From Naegleria gruberi (lineage: Eukaryota), in the NCBI GenBank assembly GCA_000004985.1, contig GG738898.1: 64,000 nucleotides of DNA; one strand, given 5' to 3'. Below are positions 23,565 through 34,807 of the stretch, piece by piece. The translations under genes were made by a program, and so were the position numbers. Under the pieces are notes generated by a model, which was not told the DNA's origin, made no database searches, and saw only the letters and a list, made by a program, of their open reading frames with translations. Positions within the stretch are counted from its first letter, which is position 1; every line of letters starts with the position of its first letter.

Positions 23565-26121
23565 TTACAGTTTAGAAATTTGTTGTTTTGCAAGATTGAT
23601 CAAGTGAACTTCATCAGGACCGTCAGCAAGTTGCAATTGACGAGCACCAATCCAAACACGAGCAATGCTGAATGCTGATTCTTCGATTGGTGATGTATAG
23701 TCAGCAGGGGATGTCATTAATCCTTCAGCCCCAAATACTTGAATAGCTCTGTCTGCAACTCTTTTAGTGGCTCTTGGAACGGCAATCTTAATCATGGCAA
23801 TTTCAGCACGAGCATGTTTAGCTCCCACCTTATCAATCATGTAAGCTGCCTTTAAAACCAATAGTCTTGCCTGTTCAATGTCAATTCTCGATTCTCCAAT
23901 GTATTGTTGAATGATGGCATGTTGTGAGAGAGTCTTTCCAAATGTTTTTCTGGCCTTTGCTCTTCTAACCATCTGTTCAAATGTTCTCTCTGCCAAGCCA
24001 ATCATTCGCATGGCGTGGTGAATTCTTCCAGGACCAAGACGGGCTTGAGCAATGTTAAATCCTTGTCCTTCCTCGAAAATCAAATTCGATACTGGAACCT
24101 TGACGTTATCAAATGTGATTGACCAATGCCCAGATGGTGCATCATCAAGACCAAATGTAATGGCAGCTCTCTCCAATTTAACACCAGGTGCATCCAAAGG
24201 AATGAGAACCATTGATTGTCTGTGGTGGACGCTTGGATGTTCTGGATTAGTTTGACCCATGAAAATGGTGAATTTACATCTCTTATCACCAGCTCCAGTA
24301 ATGAACCACTTGACACCATTGATAATGTAGTGCTTTCCATCCTGTGTCTTTTTAATGGTGGAACGTACATTGGTAGCATCAGATGAACTGTTATTGTATT
24401 CAGTCATGCTAAAACATGATCTGATTTTGCCGTCCAATAGTGGTTTCAAATACTTTTCCTTTTGTTCTGGTGTTCCAAATTTCATCAAGACTTCCATATT
24501 TCCTGTATCTGGTGCATTACAATTGAATACTGAAATATGAAATAATTATTTAACATTTTCTTAAGAATGAAAAAAACAAACCTTCTGGTGCAATAAATGA
24601 TCTTCCCATAATTTCTGCCAAAACTGCATATTCCACATTTGTCAAGTGTTCAGTTGGATGATGGTGCACGAGGAAGAAATTCCACAAACCTTCCTTCTTT
24701 GCCTTTTCTTTTAATTCTTCGAGAATTGGAGGAGTATCCCACTTGTCCTTCATTTCGTGAATTTGATTTTCAAAAATCTTTTCACCTGGATAAATGTGTT
24801 CATTCATGAACTTTTCCAATTTTTCCTTGAGACGAAGAGCTTTGGTAGAGAGACCAAAATTCAATCCAGAATCACTCACTGTCAAATTGTCCTTCTCTGA
24901 ATTTACAATCAATTCCCAGGCAACATCTGATAATGAACCAGCTAACAAACCAACTTGAAGAGCATAATCACTGCTTGCATTTCCTTGTTTGTATCGTTTA
25001 TAGACTCCCTGAGTAATTCCAACAAGTCTGAAAATTGAAAATGCCAAATAGAAATGCCACTTGTCGATTGGTTTACGCTTGGCAAAGGTAGTGTACAAAT
25101 TTAAGCATTCAGCCTCTGTTAAAATACCAGTCTTTTGGAAGTTTACATCCTTGAGACCAGTAAATCCAGGCATTCTTGGAAAATGATAATACATGCAAGA
25201 GTAGGCCAAATCAGCAATTGGATGACCCAAAGTTGACAATTCCCAATCCAAAACAGCAATTACTCTATTCTCGGTAGGATGGAATATTACATTATCAAAC
25301 TTGTAGTCACCATGTGTAATACATGAAGATTCTGTCAAAGTCTCTTGTGGAATATTTTGAGGCAACCACTTGATCAATCGATTCATAGTTTCATTTTCAT
25401 GAGTTTCAGAAGCAACATATTGTCTAGTCCAAGTTGTAATCTGTCTCTCATAGTAATTCTCCTTCTTTTGTCCATTATTATTATTCAATGATGATGCTGC
25501 CTGTTTATACAATCCATTCAACAATTCAAAATCTCTAAAATTCACACTATGCAATCTGGATAAAGTTTTCACAAAATCAATCATCATTTCTCTTCTATCA
25601 TCGGCAGTCAATTGATCTGGTCCCTTTGCATCTGAAACTCCTCCTCCAACAACTTTATGCATTTGAGTAAAGGTAGCATCCTTGAAAATTCTACCTCTCA
25701 CAAACTCCATCAAGTAAAATTCAGTGCCAATCACTTCAGTTTCCCTGCAATACAAGTACATGTTCGGCACTGGAAATCCAATCGAGTGCAAACTCTTCAT
25801 GATGGCATATTCTCTGTAAATATCGTGAGCTGAAGGTAGGAGTTTTCCAGGTGGTTTCTTTCTTAAAACCAATTCAATTGTATTTACTTGTTGTTGTTGA
25901 TCCTTTGATGATGTTGTTGTTGGTGCTAATTGAATAACAACTTTAAAAGAAGGATTTGATTGCCCATCCGAAAATTGTACAATGCTCTGTAGGGAAAGGC
26001 TTGTTGTATGATGATTATTGTTGGTCTTGTTGAAAACATGAACGTTTTGTGAAAGATATTTGGCAAAGGCCTCCACATTGAACATGTGTTGAGGTCGAAT
26101 TTGAATATTATTGCTGATCAT
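23565..26121 (-). CDS. ACAD10/ACAD11-like acyl-CoA dehydrogenase family protein (N-terminal aminoglycoside-phosphotransferase-like kinase domain plus C-terminal ACAD domain), 2 exons
   Basis: The APH motifs HGDYKFDNVIF and DWELS are present. The ACAD C-terminal domain is present (...FNCNAPDTGNMEVLMKFGTPEQKEKYLKPLL...). A 52-nt intron at 24581-24530 (GTTTGT...CAG) joins ...IAPEG to VFNCNAPDTGNMEV, exactly as in ACAD10/11. Confidence 0.85.
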
Positions 26122-26267
26122 TTTGTTTTTATTTGATTATTTTATTATTTGATCATGTTGATGATGGAAGGACAAGTAAATTGATCCGTATCGTTGCTTT
26201 GATTTTCTCTCCGATTCTTATTGAGTACAACAAGAAGAATATTGCTCCGTTACTATTTGTTGTTTTC

Positions 26268-29200
26268 TTAAATATTGCAATTGATGGAATGTTTTTCCAA
26301 GAGTGGAATTAAATCATTCTTAAACTTCTTCTCAAGATAGACACTCATTTGGAGATTTTGCTTACTGACATGTTTTCTACGTTGTGTGAGACCTTCTTTG
26401 AGTTGGTAGGCAAGTTGAGAGAGTCTGGTCTTGTATTTCTCAATTAAGAGTTGATTTTCCTCAGTGAGATTTTCGAGAGCCTCTGGTGATAGGTAGCGTT
26501 CCACATCCTTGTAGATTCCTCCGTGAATTCTTGGATCAATTAGGCCAGTCAGCTCAGAATCAAGAGAGGCTGTTAGTAAATTACTTTCATTCAATTTGTG
26601 GCTAACGACCAATTCCTGAACAGCATGAATTCTCAATTCTAAATAGTAAATGGCCACTTCAAGACTGTTCAATTTGAAGAGCTTCTTTTCACGAACTTCC
26701 TGAATGGTGTACATGTTAGGGAATGGTTTCTTGATGGCAAAGAAGAAAATTGAGCCATCTTGATCATCCATTGATTGTTTTGGTTCATCCATATTGCCAG
26801 CACTTGCTGATTTTTCCTCTGTTTGTTCTCTCTTAACTTTGACTCTTTTGAAAACTTTGATATTGTGACTCTTGTGATATTGTTGAATCTTTGGTGAGAT
26901 AGTTGGATCTAATAATTTGAAACTATCCTCCCCAGTAGTTTCATCCATGAAAGAGTTAATTTCCTGTTGACTGGATGGCTCAACTGGGGCCAAAAAGATA
27001 ACTTGCTGTTCACTGGTTCTGAATTTAGTCTCATCGAAACTGGATGGAATTTCTCTCTTAATAGTAGCTCCCTTGAATTTGAGTTTGATAAAGTTGACAA
27101 AATCTGCAAGTTTTTGATGATGAGCATTAAAGATAAAGTTTGTGTTCGACATGGATTTACCATAAAATCCAACAAAGTAATACTTGTTGTACTCTCTGAT
27201 GGAGGTGACAATCTTCTTGTAGAGCTTACTCTCCTCTGAGTGAACCACTGACAATTCGGCATAATTCATCTTGTTCTTGTAAATGACACGAAGCTCCTCA
27301 TTGAGAGAGATGGCTCTTTCCCAATCCTTACCCTTCTCGAACAAGTCAATAACTTCCTTGTAGAGTTTAATCTTTCTTGTACACTCTGGCTCTTCTGGAT
27401 AATTGTCAGAGAAGAGAGGCAACTCAATGTTACTATTAAAGTTTAACATTTGTGCATGTTGGAAGATGGCAAGACCAGCTTCAATATAACGTTTTCTACT
27501 CTTCTGCATACTAGCCAACAAGTGCAAATACTTGAAATACAATTGAACATTGCTATTCTTCTTGAAGGATTTGAGAGCGTTCTTGAAGGACTTTTCTTGA
27601 TTTTGGAAATTCATGGTATTTGGATCATTGGTGCTGGCAGCCTCGATATCTCTAATTTGTTTGAGCAAGTGATGAAGAGATTCCATTAAAACATCCATCT
27701 TGTTTGCAAATTCATCCTCTGCCTCAGGTCCCAACAATTCTACCATCAGTTCCTTGTAAGATTTGAGCTTGGATTCAACACATGAAATGAATGTTCTCCT
27801 AACTCCTTCAAGACCAGAAACTTCACTGAAAAATCTTTCAGTTGCAGCTTCACACAATGACAAGGAATTTCTAGAAATATGCTCCAATTTCAATAAATCA
27901 AAGAATAAATTCTTGGCCACTGATGCAATTTCAGAGACATGAATCTTGAACAATTTGATTGTCTTTTCGATTAAATCAGGAAGGAGACTTTCTTGCAGTT
28001 GTAGTGGTGAAAAGCTCCAAATACAATCATAAAAGACCTGTAGAATTCCGTGACGAGTATCGTTTTGACTGAGGAAGAGTTTTCTGTCATAGGATGGCAT
28101 CTTTTCTGGTTCAAAACTAAAGATGGCATCAAACAAGTGCCTAACCAACAATTGAGAGAGTTTAACAATTCTATAAACATTAAACTCAGCAGGAGGTGAA
28201 TTAGTTGACACGGATCGTTCTTGTGACAAGTTGTGAATGGTAGTGATGGAGCAACCTTCCATGGTTGTAATGTACTTTTTCAACTTTAGGAAAATCATTA
28301 GAATAATGTTTGCAATTGTGCCGTATTGGTAAATGTTGAGTTGTGTCCAATTCTTTGGGAGTGGGTTCTTCTTGGATAGCACAATAGAAATCAAATCCAA
28401 GAGAAGGTCCTTTGTATCGAGTTCGGCAAGTTGTGAATTTTCATTCAAATTTGCAAAGATAGTATCCAAAACTCCCTTGAATGTTAAAAGATCTAAAAAG
28501 TTAACAATGGTGAGAATAATATCACAACTGATACGTTTGGCTTGGTTGATTTCTGGTTCAAATTTTTTGGCAATCAATGAATTATTTGTCCTGGCATCTC
28601 TAGTAGTGGAATCCAAAGTTTGAGTGGCTGTCTCTTGTTCAGTTCGCTCTCTGGAATATTCTGCCTCCAATTCTTCTGTTCTCTCCAGAGAAACATCAAA
28701 AGCCTCCTTCAACATGCTCAGTAAACCGAAAAAGTCAATCAAACTTGTGGCACATTCTTTCATCTTCTCTCTGTGCTCCTTGCTTAGAAGAGCAGTGTCA
28801 GTTTCCTCCTCACTAACAACAGTCATTCGTTCCGTTTGATGCTCGGAAGTTGTGGAGATGTTCAAATCACCCAGTCCAAAAGTACTCTTAAATGACTTGC
28901 CATCGTGTGACATACGAGTTTTGAAGAGATGAATAATCTTGTTCATGATCGATATTGATTTTGGTTCGAGGAAACATTCACTATAACCCTCAAGTGCCTC
29001 TAAAACTATTGGATAGAGAGTTTTAGATAGTGTTCCTTTTTGGAAAGGTTCTGAGGAAATGATATTATCAAAAAAGTGTAACTTTCGGTAAGATTCTTCT
29101 GCAGGTATGGCAGAGGAAAACTTTTCAATAATTCTTCCTAATCTATGTTCATTGAACAAATCTCGTACTGTTGTGAAAAAGTCTGGTGTCATTGTATCAA

Positions 29201-32200
29201 AGAGGGCATTCTTGACAGACTTGAAGATTGTTATTGTTTCTGTTTCTGGCTTTTGAATGAGCTGGTTAAGTTTTACATTTATCAGAGAAAGCTCATTCTG
29301 GAAAAATCTCAACTCCTCCTCAGCAAATTGTGGATATTTACGTTTAAAGTTGGTGAGGGAACTCTCAGCAATTTTGAGTAAATAATTAAGAGATTTGATG
29401 GCACGTATAAGTTTTTCTTTTGTTCCTACAGTCATATCATCAAGCTTAATCAAATCAAAATGCTTATTCAGGTAGAAAAGTATGAAACGATGACTCAGAC
29501 TGTACTGAAGAGACTTCTTGAAATCCTCAATGATAGAGATGGATGTTTCTGGAGAATCAACAAACTGAGCCAACAAAATACAAATCTTTTCAAAGACCTT
29601 CTGTAAAAGTTGACTCTCTTTGAATTCAAATGAATCACTTGTCTTTGGTTTGCCATACTTGTTGGCAATTCCAAGGAATGATGTCATTATCTCACGGAAA
29701 CATATAGTCGTATCGACTGTCTTGAAGTCAATATTGTTAATAATTGATTGAATGTTAGTTTCATCCATAATATCCCACTTTAAAAAGTCTCTCAGATTAG
29801 GATTGATCGCAATTGAAGTAGAGACAACATTAACAGCAAGACAGAGCTTGGCATTCTTTTGACACTTTTGTTTGATTGGTTCATTTTGGTCAAATTCATG
29901 AATATTCGTAAAGCCCTTTGTGAAATCATAGCATGGAAGAGGATCAATTTGAGTTTCATTTCCAAGTGTTAGAGTTCTGGTTCCATCATCAACATGGAAG
30001 TAAGCGAAAAAGTCTGGTGAAATTTCATATGCATTCTTCTTGGTATTTACAACATAAAATTCGAATACAATGATGGCAGATTGAAGTTGATGAGAATTTA
30101 CATTGACTAACAGAATTTCACTCCATGATGGGTTTTTCATTCTCACAATAGCACTATTAAAGAGTAAATTAAATTGTTTGATTATTCCTACTTACGATCT
30201 GTAAACTCTCTGCTTTCTATTGATATCACATTGAATAGTCATACCATCTTTGCCCTTTATGTACATCTTAGCTTCGACAAAGAGAGTCTTGACATTCTTG
30301 TTCAGAACATTCTTAACATTGATATAGATATCATTTCTAATATCGTCCGATATGATAGAACTGCTGAATCTTGTCATTGGAACGAGAGGAAGTTGAGAAA
30401 GTTGAGGATATTGCTTGTATGCTTTGTGATAATCTCCTGTGACCATACTGAGTGAAACATCAATTCCCATAATATCCTCTCTCTCAAGATTTTGATCATC
30501 ATTCATTACTTGATCGAGGAAGGAATCCAAATTGTCATTGCTCTTGAAGTTGAAAAAGGTAACCTCATGTTTAAGAGTGACACCACCAGCAAGTTCAGAA
30601 ACCACAGACTTGGTAAGTTTTGGTGAAACACCAACCGCCATAGGTATTCTGCAATCCAAAAAGGTCTTTCCATTGACTGGTGTGTCCAATTTAACTCTCT
30701 CCACTCTGAAGGCACGTACAAGAATGAGCATTTGTTCCCTCTCTATGAAAGCTCTTGAAACATCCTTGAAGAGTGCATAGAGATTTTGTCGTTGTCTAAG
30801 AGTTGCATCTTCCTCATCATGGTTGCCTGAGGAATTAATAGAAACATGTCNNNNNNNNNNNNNNNNNNNNNNNNNNNNNNNNNNNNNNNNNNNNNNNNNN
30901 AACTTGTCGCTATCTTCAAAACCTCTTCAGGGCCAGTAACACTCACTCTAGAATGATGCATGCTCGATGTGAAAATAACCAAATCTTCAGAAAGGAATGA
31001 TTTGGTAGAAATATCAAACAAACTAAATCTCCACTCCACTTTCAAATAGTAGGAACAGCCTCCAATTTCTATGGCCAATTGAGAGTTTCCTTCAGGTATT
31101 CTACTATATGATCTTCTCTTAGTCTTTAAAATGCTAAGGGCCAAATTACTCTCCTCCTTGTCAATAGTTTCCCAGTACATTTTGTACAAGTCGAAGAGAG
31201 GAGTATTGAGAGGTGACAATTTTTCGCCATTCTTCTTAATAACAACATCTTCACTAAAGAGAGATGCCCCCTCCTCTCTCAAGCTTACTTGAGATTTGAG
31301 AATTTCCTTCATTCTGGATTTGTAATTTTCCGAATCTTCTCTCCTCTGATAGGAATAATAATCAATGAGATAATTGATCATTCTAGCTTCAATTTCGAAT
31401 ACTCTCATGAATCGATCTCTGTTATCTTCCTGAGTTACCAAGGATTCAAAGTGACTCAAATTCCACTCATACACAGTTTCAATCATGGACTTGCAGAAAG
31501 GAACAGCCAAAAATGGTGAGAACCAATTATCCTCCAAGAAGGGAACAATTTCTCGTTGATAGTGTTGTGACATGTTTTGCAAGATTTCAACACTAGCTCC
31601 CAAATAGTTCGATTGTGCATAAATTTGTTCTGGAAAGACATTTCCAAGAGCTATCAATGCATTCGAAATGATAATATTTGCATTCTTTGGAGCTATGGCA
31701 AAAGCTGCATTGGAAGCAATGCTTTGGCTTCTTTTTCTGTCATGATTGCTACCTTTTGGAGAGAGTAATTTATCATTGTCATTACCACCACTGGAAAAGA
31801 TGTTATCTGCAAGGGAAGAAGTTCTCTGATTGGAAAATTCTTCTCTGCTAGCACTTGCTGAGAAAACATTTGACAAGTTCATACCTGACAAATTCAAACT
31901 AGCTCTCTTATTCTTTGAGGAATCATTGATAATACTTTGTCTCTTATCCACTGTTGGTGTGAGTGGCTTTCTTTCTGACTTTTCTGAAGGAGTTGGTGAT
32001 TCATAGCTCTTATCTTTTGAAATGTAATTTTCCAATTTTTGTTTGGTAGCACTAAAACTATTCATTAAACCTCTACGAAATGATTTGGCTCGATGTTGTT
32101 GATGTTGATTAGCAGGTGAAGTAAATGTTGGACTGACGTGTCCAGTTCCATTCATGTGTAAATTACTATCCGAAATGCTAAATGCACTATTAGAAAGAAA

Positions 32201-33978
32201 TAAATTATTTGATGGAAGTGATTGTGGTTGTGTTGTTCCATAAAGTCTTGGACTTGTCAATCCAGTTTCTTGCAAAATTGAATTGCTAATGATTGAATTA
32301 TTATTCATCTCATCCTGGAGTGATGAGTTAGAGGAGGACGAAACTGTTATAGGTGGAACAACAATACCTCCTCCATTTCCACTATTAACAGTACCAGCAG
32401 GAGTACTGCCACCACTAGAATTATTTTCATTAGAAAGGAATGGATTATTTGGTGATCCATTATTACTGTTCATGTTAGAAGATAGAAGAATTTGCAACTC
32501 TTGGGCTTGGCTCTTCAAAATTAAAAGCTTGTGAATTTCTGGTTCCATCATCCGATCGTGGTGATAAAAAGTTTGATTGTTGACTGTTGAGTGAAGAACC
32601 CATGGCTTGCAATTGTTGTTGAATGTAAGCTAGAGTAATTTCCTGGTTGAGTACCAATGATTGTCTATTAGGATTATTCTCAATACCTGTTGAGAGTTGA
32701 TAATTCAAAGAGAAGGGATTATTTGGACTTCCATCAAATCGAATCACATGAGTGGCAGGAAAGAAACCTTTAGAAGTCATGTTCAACTTGTCCTGTTGTT
32801 GATCACCTCCATTAGAATCATTCTTCCTTCTCTTGGATGATGACGATTTGGAAATTTCCTTATCATCTGATGCAGTAATTATCATGGAATTGTGTTGTTG
32901 TGTCCAATTTCCAACACCATTATCATTGGTGGATGAAGCAGCAGCCACAATAGCAGCTGAGAGATAATTGGTTGGTTGGAGACCACCTGTTGGAGAGGTC
33001 GGCATCATGTTGAGAGTATTGGGTGAAGTGGGTGGTGGTAGAATAATTTGTGGATCCGAATCAGAGAGGGAACTAGAACCCAGGAGGCCATTGTTGTTGT
33101 TATTCCTTCTCGAGGAGGCTCCTGATGGTGATTTGGATTTTAGAGAGGGATGGGCAAGATTGAGCATACTTGGGAATCTGTTGGGTGATTTAATTGATGA
33201 AGAATATTATTAGTAGTATGATGATGTAATTAATTAATAATTGGTTAAATATCATGACGATGATTGGTAAGAGAAAGATGATAAATATATGAACGTACCT
33301 TTCGCCCTTGTACCATCCTTCGTTTTCTCCCTTGATGAGAACTAAATCTCCCAAGGAAAGTTTAATGCAATAGTCGGCATATTGTGCTGGTGGTTCAAAG
33401 GGTTGAATGACTAGTAGCAGACAATTTTAAGATCATATTCGATTTTCCATAAAATATTTTGAAAATATTTTTTCGAATTGTTTTGTGTAACAGTAAAAAA
33501 CAGACAAAAGTGGCGGCAGAAGTGGTTGATATGATATCAGGTTATTTGTATGTTGATGTTATCAAATAATCCAAATATTTAATCCACAATCATGATGATT
33601 CAACAACATGTTATCATATGATGATCATTTGATCAAAATAACAAAAATATATCCGTGTTCATAATTTTCCAATACAATTTCATACAAATTTCCATCAACA
33701 AATGTTATCATAATTTTCCATCAATATAATGATGACGATGATCATATGAAAGATAATAGTAATTGCCAAAATATCAATGTATATTGATTTCATACAAAAT
33801 TAGATGATGATCATTCGTTGTATGAGAAACAATCAGCAACAAGACTAAACCTACCAATTCCGAATGTATGTTCATATTGTGGCCACAATTGTTTGGGCGT
33901 ATTATTGTTGAAGAATCCTAGGGAACCACCTCCAAATATTTCACCAAAAGATGAAATTGTAGATAATGCTGGTGGCAT
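26268..33978 (-). CDS. DOCK180-related (DOCK-A/B type) Rho-family GEF: N-terminal SH3, DHR-1 (C2-like), DHR-2 (DOCKER) domains, multi-exon
   Basis: Exon 1 is 33978-33855 (MPPALSTISSFGEIFGGG...), with donor GTAGGT. Exon 2 is 33410-33299 and encodes an SH3 domain (PAQYADYCIKLSLGDLVLIKGENEGWYKGE). Intron 2 is 33298-33169. The DHR-1 motifs are RNDIYINVKNVLNKNVKTLFVEAKMYIKGKDG and NPSWSEILLVNVN...IIVFEFYVV. A 42-nt intron (GTAAGT...TAG) joins ORF 30192-30731 to ORF 26268-30146. The DHR-2 motif is DWERAISLNEEL...YYFVGFYGKSM...FIFNAHHQKL. Frames around 32475-32551 and across gap 30851-30900 are unresolved. Confidence 0.75.
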
Positions 33979-34185
33979 ATTTTTTTGAGTTTGTTGACGT
34001 GTGGTTGATGGTTTGACAGAAGAACTATCTAAAGTAAGAATTGGCGGTATTAATCAGGAACCAACATACTAATATCGTAACACAAGAATCAATGAGAATA
34101 GCAATTTGATTGCACACTTCTGTTTGGGCAAAGGTCACAGGATATTTATTGAATTGTACATGAATTTTTTCATTAATTATCGCAA

Positions 34186-34272
34186 CCGATGATAGCTCAG
34201 CTGGTAGAGCATGGGACTGTAGCAAGAAAAACTGTCATCCTGTGGTCGGCGGTTCGATTCCGTCTCATCGGA
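34186..34272 (+). tRNA. tRNA-Tyr (anticodon GTA) with 14-nt intron (34223-34236)
   Basis: The cloverleaf is CCGATGA / GCTC-AGCTGGTAGA-GAGC / anticodon arm with CTGTAG / TTCGATTCC T-loop / TCATCGG acceptor. An intron follows position 37, as is usual for eukaryotic tRNA-Tyr. A TTTTT run follows at 34275-34279. Confidence 0.9.
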
Positions 34273-34274
34273 TC

Positions 34275-34279
34275 TTTTT
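34275..34279 (+). terminator. Pol III T5 terminator downstream of tRNA-Tyr
   Basis: A TTTTT run lies immediately 3' of the tRNA acceptor end. Confidence 0.5.
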
Positions 34280-34807
34280 GTTGTTTTCTGTAATGAAAGA
34301 AGCTTTTAAACCAATTTCTGTGTACGGTTGCTTTTTCTAGAAACATGCTGACCTGGAGTCGTTATCAATTCAAGATATGAATATTACAAGGCATGGTTCA
34401 ATGTTTTTTATCAATGAAACATTCTATTTGAACTTAAACTTCTAATAGCAACACATACAAATGATTACAATAGTATCCAATAGTCTTCCACGATTATTCC
34501 TTCTCTCAATATTTTATAGACCTGACTTCCAAATTATCATATATAGCTGGAGATAAGGAGTTTAAAAATGAGCGATTCATTACAAGGAAGTCTAATTCGA
34601 ATTTATCCCTACGAAGAGTGAACAGTACTACTTCCTTTTCCATTTCATCATCTCATTTAATTATTTCCCCCAAGCAACCTTCCACTGTAATCAGAGCAAG
34701 ATCCCGGCTCCGTGAAAAGGTCGTCTCTGTGTGAATGCTATTAAACTATTGCCTTCTTGTGTTGTGGTCTGCAAATTTCAATCAAGAAAAAAACTTGTGA
34801 GATTAGT

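Noticed and set aside
26909-29381. Internal or antisense ORFs within the DOCK gene, for example 26909-27262, 26967-27239, 28333-28839 and 29145-29381
   Set aside because: They overlap the strongly supported DOCK coding frame.
33580-33800. Short dispersed repeats (ATGATGAT, TTCATACAAA, TAATTTTCCA motifs) that looked like a possible regulatory array
   Set aside because: They fall inside the 444-nt first intron of the DOCK gene and are short, imperfect and AT-rich. That is not enough evidence for a defined element.
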